Below are positions 50,717 to 62,535 of a stretch of DNA of 64,000 bases, piece after piece (position 1 is the first letter of the stretch; every line of letters starts with the position of its first letter). Below the pieces are notes generated by a model. It did not search any database, had not been told where the DNA came from, and was given only the letters and a program-made list of their open reading frames with translations. The translations under genes and the position numbers were made by a program. The DNA lies in the NCBI GenBank assembly GCA_963514005.1, contig OY740813.1, positions 17,174,001-17,238,000 on the forward strand, in the 5' to 3' direction. The DNA is from Raja brachyura (Eukaryota).

Positions 50717-51933
50717 ATAGATGGGTGACAGACTCAAAATGGAAGAATAGTGACAAGCAACATGGCATTGTGCCCATCAACTGGTCCAACCGGGGCGGAC
50801 GAGAAGTCCATGCTCTTGTAATGAATAATACATACAAGTTGTGCTCTTCAATATTCTTACTGTTTGACAACAGATAGGTATAGAGATATAGTGAGGGGGT
50901 TGCCCTCTTTTTATCAATATCACATTGTTTTTTTATTTCATCAGCCTTAAAGCAATGAGATTGTTTACTGCATTTGTGATCACATACTGAGCCTAATATA
51001 TTTCAGCACAATAGTAAACTTTTGCTTTTATGTGTATTGGAATTCATATTTACTACTTTAGTCTGAAGTGGGGTTCCAACCCAAAACGTCACCTATCCAA
51101 GGTCTCCAGAGATGCTGCCTGACCCGTTGAGTTACTCCAGAACTTTGTGTTGTTATTTGCTGCTATACTTTCTAGCCTGGTTCAGTTCAGGGAATCATTG
51201 TCCAATTATTCACCTTTGTCTTGATAACTATGTCACTACACTATGATCCATTCCCAAAGTAGAGTTTCGCTGACTCGGTACCTACTGTCAGGCGGAAGCT
51301 ACCTAAAGTCCACACTGATTCAGGAACAGTTACTTTCCTACAACTATCAGGTTCTTGAAACAATCTGCACAACTCTAATACAACTACAACAGAATACTGT
51401 GTGTCATCTCTTGCACACCGTGGACTTGTTATCTAAGTGCGTATTTTTACACTAATGTCTTGATCATTTTGCAATGTCTTTTTTCTTTTCACCGTCTTGT
51501 AGAATGAATGTATGACATGCCTAATTTTGCATGATTTGTGCATTGTGTGTTGTCTATGTGCCGGCAATGCTGCTACAAGCAATTCTTTCATTGTACATGT
51601 TCCTCACATACTTGTGTTCATAACAATAAATTCAACATGACTTGACTAAAGATAGACACAAAATGTAACTCAGCAGATCGGGCAGCATCTCACGAGGAAA
51701 AGGAATAGGTGATGTTTCGGGTCGGGACCCTTCATCAGACTAATAAAATACATTTTATTCCTTGTCTCTAGAGATGCTGCCTGACCCGCTGAGTTACTCC
51801 AACATTTTGTGTCTATTATCGGTGTAAACCAGCATCTACAGTTCCATCTTACACACGACTTTACTAAAGTTATCAGGAGAAGGATTGGAGGGGAGGTGGA
51901 GAAAACATTCCCACAAAGGGTAATTATTTAAAA

Positions 51934-52231
51934 TTACTGCCTATTATGCCTCCTGGCATGGAAGGCAGCAACGAAGGTCCTTCACTCAGTAGTGTTGATT
52001 CCTTCAATTGCTGTTTCCGTAACATATTTGTTTTACGAGACAGGGTTGTTAGCCCTGTGCTCAACCTCCAACCTGGAGGACCAGTGGATCGCTCTTCGTC
52101 TCGCCTCTACCCTTCGACCTGTCCAGCATGGGAGACCCTAACAGGATACGAATCTCCCGCTGGCTTAGCTCTAGGGGTCACTGAGACACACAAGCTCCCT
52201 GACCACGACAAGGTTGCAATCCAACGGGGAG
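51934..52231 (-). mobile_element. Bipartite non-autonomous RTE-derived element (5' UTR joined to 3' tail)
   Basis: 5' CCTTGTCGTGGTCAGGGAGCTTG and CTGGTCCTCCAGGTTGGAGGTTGAG resemble RTE/BovB-type 5' UTR motifs. 3' GACCTTCGTTGCTGCC...GGCAGTAA resembles an RTE tail. Confidence 0.7.
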
Positions 52232-53039
52232 AAAAAAAGGTGTTTGAGATATATTTCTATTTGTGCACATCCCGAAAGACTGGCAGAGATGAAAACCATC
52301 ATCACATTGAACAAATATTCATAGGTCCACTTGAAAAGCCTTACCCTGCAGGTTCACAAACCTAGAGCTGGATAGTAGCATGTAGACTGGCTGGTTCTTG
52401 TCAACCAGCATAGGCGGGTGGGCTGAATGGTCTGCCACAACATTCCTATGATTCAAAGTTTCTGTGGAAAGAGTATTTGAAAAGACATGTTGTTGTACTG
52501 TGAGTGCGGTATTAATGTCACGACAACGACAAGACTCACATTCTTCACGTCTAAGAAAAGATTGTAACGATCACCACTTAAATAAACCCTGGCTTTATTA
52601 ATGTCAAAATCATCAATGTGATTGTAATTCTTCCTGTCGAGTCCCTGGACAATTAGTTTCTTCTTAGTTCCATTTGTCTTTTTCGTTGCACGAACATGTC
52701 CTGTCTTTGAAAGGGTCTCCAAAGCAAATTCCAAACATGCCGAGTTCCCTAATGAAAATGGGATTGAACCAAAGTCCCACAAAATGTGGGTGGGGGAAAG
52801 CAGATGTCCTCTTTTGGCACCAACCAAGCTGTGCATCAAAGGACAGATTAAAATTCATATAGACCCCTGCTCTGTGTACTGAACTATGAATAAATCATTT
52901 CCACAAATAATTTTACATGGAAGTGCTCAAACAGTTGAAAAAACATTTGCTGCAAAGGTTGAGATTCAAGTTTTCAGTATTTCATTATCAGGAGATTTGC
53001 CTCAGCAACATATTGCACAATTGGTATTGTATTGTGGCT

Positions 53040-53310
53040 GACTTACAGTGCCAGAGACGCAGTTCGATCCTGACTACGGGTGCTGTCTGCATGGAGTTTG
53101 CACGTTCTCCCTGTGACTGCATGGGTTTTCTCCGGGTGCTCCGGTTTCCTCCCACACTCCAAAGACATACAGGTTAGTGGATTAATTGGCTTTGATGAAA
53201 TTGTAAAATTGGTAGGAATAGTGGTCGCATATGAGGCTCTGCGGTCAGCACAGACTCAATGGGCCGAAGGGTCTGTTTCCACACTGTATCTTTAAAGTCT
53301 AAACTAAAGT
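53040..53310 (+). mobile_element. HE1-type SINE, 5'-truncated
   Basis: B box to tail. Confidence 0.88.
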
Positions 53311-54239
53311 CGAAATTAAAACAGGTTTTGGTTGGTTTGTCAATGAATAAGACCAAAGATGTCTTGTGGATAAATGGGGCTTGATTGGTGGTCTATAAGG
53401 GTGATGATTAATGCGAAGTTGATCTGAATTGCATGTGTTGCCCCTGGCTGGTGTTCCTACAACCACACTCACAGTCTTTACATAAAGGTTAGCTATCTAC
53501 AGACAAGAATACATTTCCTTGCCCAGAAGGGAGTGAATTTTCTACTCCAAAGATCTAAGATGATTCAGGGCAAAATTCCAAGTGAATGGTCAGGCAAGAT
53601 TCCAAGTGAAGAACAATGGGCAGGCAGCATCTGGAGAGAGAATGGATAGCTGATGTTTTGAGTTGAGATACTTCAGACTGATAGGATTAAGAGGGGAGAG
53701 AGAACGTAGAAACAAGGAACTGCAGATGCTGGTTTACAAAAAAAACAAGGTGTTGGAGTAACTCAGCGGGTCTGACGGCATCTCTGGAGAACGTGGATAG
53801 GTGACTCCTTTTGTCCAGAGATGCTATCTGACCCGCTAAATTACTCCAACTTTTTATGTCTATCATTGGAGGTAAAAGATCAGCCATGATCTTAATGATT
53901 GGCAAAGCAGGTATAGGGGGTGAAAAGGCCGACTCCTGCTCCTGTTTCTTACTCTAGTTCCTGAATCTTCCTTTTTCTTCCTGGTTCTTACATTGGTCTT
54001 GCAGACTAATGTCAATCTTTTCACATTTATGCGATGATTGTTTCAATACTAGCTCTCGGCAAATTCCCTAAATCGTAAGCTCAGGATCTGGGAAGACCCT
54101 GATACAAAATCGGCAAAGGTAAAATGAGATTGAAGATTAGAACGTACCTTCTAACACAGTCTGAAAAAAACCTTGAATTATTAGCAGCGTAGCAACTATT
54201 TGAAATTAAGTTGGAAAATGTGTTGTGTAGAATGGAGCT

Positions 54240-54379
54240 TCTTCTTCTTCTAGCGTATGGCGTGCACAGCCTAAAGTTGTAAGACAACTTGTTCTGTTTG
54301 GTCTTCTGTTTGTGCAGGCCAGGTTGATTCCATTCGCCAAAACAGGGTGGACCACATGAAGGTTACAATCTCACAACCC
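54240..54379 (-). mobile_element. 140-bp non-autonomous Ingi/Vingi-like retroposon
   Basis: 11-bp TSD AGAATGGAGCT (54229-54239, 54380-54390). 3' end GCCATACGCTAGAAGAAGAAGA. Family assignment is from recalled Vingi tail similarity. Confidence 0.75.
54326..54379 (-). ncRNA. Candidate minimal HDV-like ribozyme (degenerate copy)
   Basis: GGGTTGT-GA-GATTGTA-ACC-TTCATGT-GGT-CCACCCT-G-TTTTGG-CGAA-TGGAATC maps onto P1/P2/P3/L3/P3'/P1'/P4/J4-2/P2'. Two mismatches in P1 and one in P2. Confidence 0.65.
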
Positions 54380-54413
54380 AGAATGGAGCTAAAGACTGCA
54401 AACTAATCCATAA

Positions 54414-54466
54414 ATCAATCAACCAATCAATCCATTAATCAATCAATCATTCAATCAATCAATCAA
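54414..54466. repeat. (TCAA)n microsatellite
   Basis: Visible directly in the sequence. Confidence 0.9.
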
Positions 54467-55237
54467 TTATTTAATGCATTAAATAATGTACTGAGCATCG
54501 TGGCTGCAGCAATGTAAGATCTTTGGGAATGCCACCTGGACCATTGAAGTGGTCACTGGTGAATGGCTACGATTCTAATGTTTCGAGCTTTCCTGTTCTT
54601 CATTTATTAACATTGGATTTCAGGAAGATGTTAGATGTTTCTTTTACTTCACAGATTTTACCAGTAGCTCCAGCTCCCCGGGGAAATTAAATGAAACGAG
54701 TCATGCAAGACTGCTTAATTAATGCACTTCCAACTCTCCACTCGTGCAAACATGCCCACTGGAGCAAGGAGTGGAAAGGGCACGACTAAACAAAGATCAG
54801 CGTTGTGGAGTCTCTCTCTCACACCCCACAAAGCCTTCGACAGCCTCTCATACACATACCTTTGACCTAATCCCAAACATCCAGTACTTCCACACTTTGG
54901 AAATCTGTGCGGTAGGTCCTCTGATGTGTTTCCTTAGTTACAGAGGAGAAAGCCCATTAATTGCAACATTATTGTCGTGTTGAACGACTCTCGGCCTCTG
55001 AACATTGTCTGACCATTCATTTGCCGAATGGTTTCTGTGAAAGTTAATTGCACGCCATGAGCGCAGCCAGTGAGCCACGCAGTTTGTGAATTGAGATAAT
55101 GAGCTGGATTGGCCTTCCCTCGTTAATTATTAGTCAGCCATTGCATCGTGCGAATACTTGCGACATAGTTACACCTGCTCAGACACTTTCCATTACGGTG
55201 CGACTGACGCATCTTTATGAATCTATCCCGTGTAGTT

Positions 55238-55440
55238 GGGCGGCTCGGTGGCGCAGAGGGAGAGTCGCTGTCTGACAGCACCAGAGACCCGGGTTCGATC
55301 CTGACTGTGGGTGCTGCTGTATGGAGTTTGTGCGTTCTCCCTGTGACCATGTGTGTTTTCCCCGGGTGCACCGGGGGGTTTCCTCCTACACTCCAAAGAC
55401 GTGCAGGTTTGTAGGTTAATTGGCTTTGGTAAAATCACAA
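55238..55440 (+). mobile_element. HE1-type SINE, 3'-truncated
   Basis: Head and body. Confidence 0.88.
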
Positions 55441-55707
55441 ACACCTGTTAGTAGCATCAAAATCCTGGGTGTGAACATCACTGATGACCTGTCCTGCTAC
55501 CAGCACATGGATCTCATCACCAGGAAGGTGCATCAATGCCTCCAATTTCCGTACCTCACCAAACTGCAGATGATAACATTTTGACGAAACCTTTCCCATT
55601 AAAAGACATAACAAACCAGGGGTAGAGACTATGTGTACACAGTTACATTATTCAGCCTCAGAGACACGAGAATATTGTGGTACTTGATCCATTGCACTAG
55701 TCAGCAT

Positions 55708-56025
55708 GGGGGCGGCACAGTGGCGAGTGGTAGAGTTGCTGCCTCACAGTGGCAGAGGCCGAGGTTCGATCCTGACGACGGTGCTGTCTGTACGGAGTCT
55801 GTATGTTCGCCCAGTGACTGCGTGGGTTTACTCTGGGTGCTCTGGTCTCCTCACACACTCCAATGATGTACAGGTTTGTAGGTTAATTGGCTTTGGCAAA
55901 ATTATAACTTGTCCCTAGAGTGTCGGATAGTGATAGTGTAGGTGGTGACCGCTGATCGGCGCGGGTTCGGTGGGCCGTAGGGCATGTTTCCACACTGCAT
56001 CACTAAAGTCTAAAGTAAAGTCTAA
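55708..56025 (+). mobile_element. HE1-type SINE
   Basis: Full length; the tail is the insertion site of the 56026 element. Confidence 0.88.
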
Positions 56026-57380
56026 AACCCCTGTCTCACGGTGCGAGTTGGCCCACGAGTGACCCCGAGTTTTCACTCGTGGTGATCACGTACAGCCAAC
56101 GTAGCGGGAACGTCGGAACTCGCGCGATCAACTTGTCCACTCGTGGCGCTAACGGCAGGTACCTGTGAAACTTGTGAACTCGTGAAAAAAGTCAAACATG
56201 TTTGACTTTCTCCACGAGTCAAGTTTCGTGGTCAAGTTTAAAATTGAAACATTTAAACTCAGAGTTGTATCGTAGTGGCCCGTGCGTTAAGTTTAGTGAT
56301 TCGTGCGTCTACCGTGGGAACTCTTTAATAGACACAAAATGCTGGAGTAACTCGCGGACCAGGCAGCATCTCTGGAGAGAAGGAATGGAGTCGAGACCCT
56401 TCTTCAGACTTACCCAAAACTTACCACCCATTCCTTCTCTCCAGATATGCGGCCTGTCCCGCCGAGTTACTCAAGCATTTTGTGTCTATTTATACTTCGG
56501 ATATGATCAAGTGTAAGAAACGCAAACCAGACTACCTTCACATCAGAGAATCCTAATGTTCCTAATTTGGCCGAGGCACTTCACTGTCCGTGTGTAGGAA
56601 GGAACTGCAGATGCTGGTTTACACCGACGATAGACACAAACATGCTGGAGTAACTCAGCGGGGCAGGCATCGCATCTGGAGAGAAGGAATGGGTGATGTT
56701 TCGGGTCGGGACCCTTCTTCAGACTCCCCGCTCATTCTTCCCTCGTCGATGTGAACTTGTGGGGGTGCGAGGAATCGGGCGTCGCTGGGTACGGGGAAGA
56801 GAGGTTTTACTGCTGAATTATGCGCAACAGAAGCATGAAGTGGGGGTAAGGTCCGTTTAAACTATCTTGTTGTCGTCCCCCCCCCCGCAATGTTGGGAGA
56901 GAGTTGTGCAAACAAACCACGGGAGACTGCATCTTTGGAGGGAAATCATAAAATGTATAGGGATGTTTCGGGCCGGGACCCTAAAGGTTGACTACCCGTT
57001 TCGCAGATGCCGTTCCTAGCCCCCCTCTCACTCCTCCCCACCCATAGTCTTTGCCTTCTCCCAATTCCACCATCCCTCGCACCCCCCCCCCCCCCCCAAA
57101 CCTATCCTCGCCTGAACTGCTGAAGATAACCGAGTGCTTTAAATGCGAATCCCGGACTGCGGCAACAACACACGCCCTGAGCGGGAGAGGAACTTGGTAA
57201 CTCAAGAGCAAACGGGAGGGGAACTTGGTAACTCTGGAGTCGATCTCGGAACATCGCAGATTACCATACCCGTGGGAACTCGCCTCAAACACTTGCACAT
57301 CAACTTGGAATATTGTACACAACCACGAGTCTGTCACTCTGGGTCACTCGTGTGTCAACTCGCACCGTGAGACAGGGCCT
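56026..57380. mobile_element. Large Harbinger-like non-autonomous element with nested Penelope-derived inserts
   Basis: About 45-bp inverted ends (CCCTGTCTCACGGTGCGAGTTG...CACGAGTGACCC). TAA at 56023-56025 and 57381-57383. Confidence 0.75.
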
Positions 57381-57939
57381 TAAAGCATGTCTCCTATCTC
57401 TCTCTGACCACGAGTCATTCTCCAGCAACCAGTCAGCAGCTGACTGCCGAAAGGCGGCGGTAGCGCGGAGTCAAATTGACAAACTCAGTTCAGTTCAGTT
57501 TAGTTTATTGTTTTGTGGACTGAGGTACAAACGCTTTTGTTGCATGCTAACCAGCCAGCGGAAAGACAACACATGATTACAACTCCACCTCCGTTGGCCA
57601 GATGGCGAAGACCAAGACCCAGCCTCACCGCTGCCAAAGCTACAAATGAGAATGAATGCTTGTAAAAGTCTAATGTTCAACCACATTCAACAGCGCTCAT
57701 TACTAAAGACTAACAATAAAATTCACTTCTTAAAAGATATTTAAAATTGCAAACAAAATGCCAAAGAACATTAGGAATCAATTAAATGTATTTAAAACAA
57801 CCCAATTAAAGTTTAACAAAGGTAAATGCCTTGTTCTTAGTCATCCATCCGCTGTGGAGGTCTGTAACATGCATTAGGCCACTGGATCTGTACCTTGTTA
57901 ACCTGGTGCAGGCTCTGGGAAATACTGAATATACTGTGG

Positions 57940-58915
57940 GTTTAGTTTAGTTTTAGTTTAGAGATACAACATGGGAACAGGCCCCTTGGCCCACCGAGTC
58001 CGTACCGACCAGCGATCCCCGCACATTAACACTATCTGGCATGCACGTACCAAACCAATTAACCTGCAAACATGCATGTGTTTGGAGAGTGGGAGGAAAA
58101 AGATCTCAGAAAAAACCCGCGCAGTTGCAAGGAGAACGTATAAACTCCATACAGACCGCACCTGTAGTCGGGATCGAACCAGGGTCTCTGGCGCAGCAAC
58201 GCTGTAAGGCAACAACTCTACCGTTGCGCCGCCGTACCGCCCACCGTAAACACGATGGGTGTTCCACTCCCCCATTGGACTCCTTAAGGAATCGTATGAT
58301 GGAGCACAGTTTCCATTATGGTGCGACGAATGAATCTATCCCCTGCATATGGGCGGCACAGTGGCACAGAGTTGCTGCCTTCCAGCACCAGAGACTCGGG
58401 TTCGTTCCTGACTAAGGGCGTTCTCTGTATTTAGTTTGTACGGTCACCCTGTGCTGAGGAGGGTTTTTCTGGGTGTTCCAGTTTCCTCCAAACGCCAAAG
58501 TTGTACAGGTTTGTAAGTTAATTGGCTTGGGGAAAGATAGTAGGGCCTGTTTCTACGCTGTATCTGTAAACGAAACTAAATTAAAATTATGCAACTTTTC
58601 CTCAAAACAGTGGGGCAGGTGGTGGAGCTGCTGCTTCATGGTGCCAGAGACCCGGGTTTGATCCTGACCTTGGGTGCTGTCTGCATGGAGTTTGCAAGTT
58701 CTCCCAGTGACCGTGTGGGTTCACTCTGGGTGCTCCGGTTTCCTGCAATGTCCCAAGGATGTGCGGGTTTGTAGGTTAATTGGCTCTCTGTAAATTACTC
58801 CCAGTGTGTCAGGAGGGGATGAGATAACATAAATCTTGTGAACGTGTGGTGAATGGGCAGTGTGGACCAATGGGTGAGTTGAAGGGCCAGTTTCCATGCT
58901 ATATCTTTCAATCAA
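57940..58915. mobile_element. Cluster of three HE1-type SINEs (57940-58245 -, 58350-58585 +, 58612-58915 +)
   Basis: Each has recognisable head, body and tail. Confidence 0.87.
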
Positions 58916-59089
58916 AATAATCAAACAAAAATAATAGTAGACAGAAGAATCTGTCTGTACTCAGTAAACACGTGTTTGGTAAGTTCACACTTCAAATTAT
59001 AATTGGAAAGGGGCCCAGAAGATGTCCAGTAATAGAATGGCTTATATTTTTTGCCATTATTGTGGATTTATTATGGAAATATAGTATAG

Positions 59090-59803
59090 GATGCCTTGTT
59101 AACAGTCTGTCTGTACTTTTCTTCTTTGTGTCTGTTTTGTATGTGTTAAATGTATGTTTTTTTGTGTTCTTTAGTTTGTTTTATGTGGGGGGTGGAGGGG
59201 TGGGGGAGTTGGGGGAAACGTTTTCGAATCGCTTACCTCGACTGAGGAGCGATTTTTTTCCGTATCGTATCTCCGTTCACACTGCGGCCTAACATAGTGG
59301 AGTTGGCAGCCTTTGCTGGAGATCGACCGGGAGCTCCATCGCGGGAGCCAGTGGATTTACCATCACGGACATCACGATCACTGTCGGGGGTCATCTTTGG
59401 GGTTCCAACCATGGGAGCACGCAGGACTTTAACATTGCGGAGCATGCGGTCTCTGGTTAGAGACTAACATCGGGGACGCCAAGCAGCAGGGGTTTTTTCG
59501 ACCGCCCCGAAGCAGGAGTTTCGCTCACCCCGACACGGGAACTTCGATCGCCCCAACGCGGGAGCCTCGCTCGCCGGATGCGGGGGCTTTGACTGCCCCG
59601 ACTGCGGGAGAATAAAGAGGAAGGAGGTTGGACCTTATTGCCTTCCATCCCAGTGAAGAACGTGGGGAATCCACTGTGGTGGAAGTTTATGTCAACTTTT
59701 ATGTAGTTGTGTGTCTTGTTTCTTTTTTTTAGTATGTATTTCTGTATCTTAATTGGTACATGTGACAATAAACTGACCTTGAACCTTGAACCTTGACCCT
59801 TGA
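59090..59803 (+). mobile_element. Relative of the 34831-35889 retroposon, without the VNTR
   Basis: Same block order: CAGTC(C/T)GTCTG, T-rich, G-run, TCTCCGT...GGCC(C)TAA, GC-rich core, CAGTGA...CACTGTGGTGGA hairpin, TGACAATAAA plus (CTTGAAC)n tail. Confidence 0.7.
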
Positions 59804-60394
59804 AATATTGAATTACATTTTTAGTGTGTTCGTGGTGGGGTTCCTGCTTTGTCACATATTTGTTCTACTCTCTTTGCTTGTTACGAGTTTAATCTTTTCC
59901 CCAAATTCCACCAATGGAAATTGATTGCAGGTGTTTAGTTGGATATTTGCAATATCCTGCATCAGGGCTGGAGTGAGAGTTTTGCTCAGAACCAGTGTGT
60001 ATTCTTCAGCGACCTGCAAATCATTCCATTCCAGCAGCGTGGCAGGGCTCTGGCAGACTGTGAATGCACCTGTAAATAGCTTGCACCCAGGGGGATGCTG
60101 CAGCCACAAAGCTTTGAAGAATAAATCTGCTTTCACTTATGGGCCGGTGCACATTTCCTCCCGACGGCTCGGTCTAGATGAGCTGCGTTCAGTTTTGGTC
60201 ATCCTGCTGTTGGAAAGATACCATTAAGCTGGAACGAGTGCAGGGAAGATTTACTAGTATGTTGTCAGGACTAGAGGGCCTCCGATTCAGAGAAAGGTTG
60301 GGGAGCCATGACTTAATTCCCTGGAGAGCAGGAGGCTGAAGGGTGATAGGATGAATACACAGAATTCACCTCTCCTGTGCCCAAACTGGACTGG

Positions 60395-60755
60395 GGGATC
60401 TATTTCTCCCCTTCCCCTCCTCTTTCACCTATATTCCTTCCTCTGGCTTCACAATTTGTAACGCTTCAATCCTTTTGTCTCACACCTTCTGTTTTGACAT
60501 CTCTTGCCTTTGTCCAGCCATCAGCCTTTCAAAAACCCCTCTCACCTGTATACACCTATTACTTGCCACTCTTTGTCCTGCCGCTCCTCTCTTCCAGTTT
60601 TTTTCCCCAACCCACCCCCTCCCCACAATCAGTCTGAATAAGAAGGGTCCCTACCTGAAACGTCAGCTATCCATGTCAGCTGCCTGACCCGCTGAGTTAC
60701 TCCAGCACTTTGTGTCTTTTTGCGCAAACCAGCATTTGCAGTTCCTTGTTTCATC
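60395..60755 (+). mobile_element. Penelope-like pseudo-LTR fragment
   Basis: Colinear with 6790-7102. Confidence 0.75.
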
Positions 60756-61844
60756 CACACTGTGAACACACCCAGCAGGTCAGGCTGCAATAATGGAGCT
60801 GGGGACGTTTGCCGAGGAGCATGTTTTGGCTGTGGATGCAAATCATGGTCAAAATCGTTTTGAAGACTGGAAGGGAAAGATAAACCAATTCAGGTGAACA
60901 GGGAAAAAGGGACGGGGGAAATCGCACAGTTAAGCAAAAGAGAACTCAAACATCGCCCATTCCTTCCCTCCAGAGATGCGGCCTGTCCCATTGAGTTACT
61001 CCAGCTTTTTGAACCCTTCTTTGGTTTAAACCAGCATCTGCAGTTCCTGCCTACACAAGAACTCCTCAAGGCATGCATTACATGGAATGGAGGGATAAGG
61101 ATCATGTTCAAGCAGAAGATATTAATTTGGCTTCATGTTCGGCACAGACATTGTGGGTCAAAGGCCCTGTTCTGGTCTATACTTGCTATGTTGTGTGTTG
61201 GCATTCCTGGGCGTCGCAGAAAACTCAGCAATACGTGAAACTCAAAGAAATCTGGTTAAAAGAGAAAAATGCTGGAAACCCTCAGCAAGTATCATTCTTT
61301 GCGTCTATAGCTTTCTCCCTCATGCATCTCCCTGGGCTACCCACTGCTCACTAGCTCAACTGCCTTCTGTCATCATGATTTCCATATAGTATCCATGCAA
61401 CGCTGGGTAGCGTTTACCTGAATGCCGTGTGGTGAATAAAGACACCCTTGAGGAAGCAAAGGGTTTGACTGTTCTGTATCTCGATGGCTGGGCAATCTAA
61501 AAATAAGCTAAAAATCAAATCAGGCGTCTGAAGAACGGTCCTGATCCAATACATCACCTATCCATGTTTTCCAGAGATGCTGCCTGACCCATTGAGTTAT
61601 TCCAGCACCTTGTGTCAGAGGTAAAGTTGGGCAATGTGTCCACACACACTGTGTTTGGCATTGTGCGAGGCAATTGATTCAATTTTATATTTTAATTTTC
61701 AATCTTCAAATAATATCATGTTCACAAATGCTATTAGATGATACATGAAAAAATTGGATCCATTAGCTGCTAATTTAGTCTGCTAATCATGTTAATAAGT
61801 CATTTAACTCAACGTGGGCACTGTTAGCAGATTCTGTACTTACG

Positions 61845-62280
61845 GGTGGCACATTGGTGCAGCGGTAGAGTAGCTGCCTTACAGAGCCAGTTACCTGGGT
61901 TTGATCCTGACTATAGGCGCTGTCTGTATGTGGTTTGCATGTTCTTCCTGTTCTCCCCGTGGGTTTTCTCTGGGTGCTCCTCTTTCCTCCCACACTCCAA
62001 AGACGTGCGTGTTTGTATGTTAATTGAGTTCAGAACTTAGAATTTAGAGATACATCGCAGACACAGGCCCTTCGGCCCGTCTGCGTGGACCAGGGATCCC
62101 CATACACTAGCACTATGCTACAGACTAGGGAGAGAATTTACACATTTTACAAACTAGCTTCAGTAAATACTGTAAATTGTCTCTAGTGTGGAGGATAGTG
62201 TTAGTATGGGGGTGATTGCAGGTCAGCGTGGACTCGGGGGGCCGAAGTTTTTGCACTGTACCTCTAAACTAAACTAAATT
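61845..62280 (+). mobile_element. HE1-type SINE containing an inverted SINE 3' fragment (about 62035-62152)
   Basis: TTTAGAGATACA...GGCCCTTCGGCCC in antisense inside a sense copy. Confidence 0.85.
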
Positions 62281-62384
62281 GGGTTGAAATGGCATCCACT
62301 AAGAAATTGGCTCAGTCAGTAGCACGTGGGATCCATGTGCCTGAAACCTACCCAGCAACCGTCACACACTGAATGACATCATCA

Positions 62385-62535
62385 GGCACACACCGGATGA
62401 CACCACCAGCCACACACCTGATGACATCACCACCGCACACCTGATGACATCACCAGCCACGCACCTGAGGACCTCACCAGCTGCACACCTGATGACATCA
62501 CCATCCGCACACCTGACGACAACAACACTTGCACA
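62385..62535. repeat. Minisatellite, about 23-bp unit CACACCTGATGACATCACCAGC
   Basis: About six degenerate copies visible. Confidence 0.9.

Noticed and set aside
62385-62535. CRISPR-like array
   Set aside because: Contiguous degenerate units without unique spacers, in a eukaryotic context with no cas genes.
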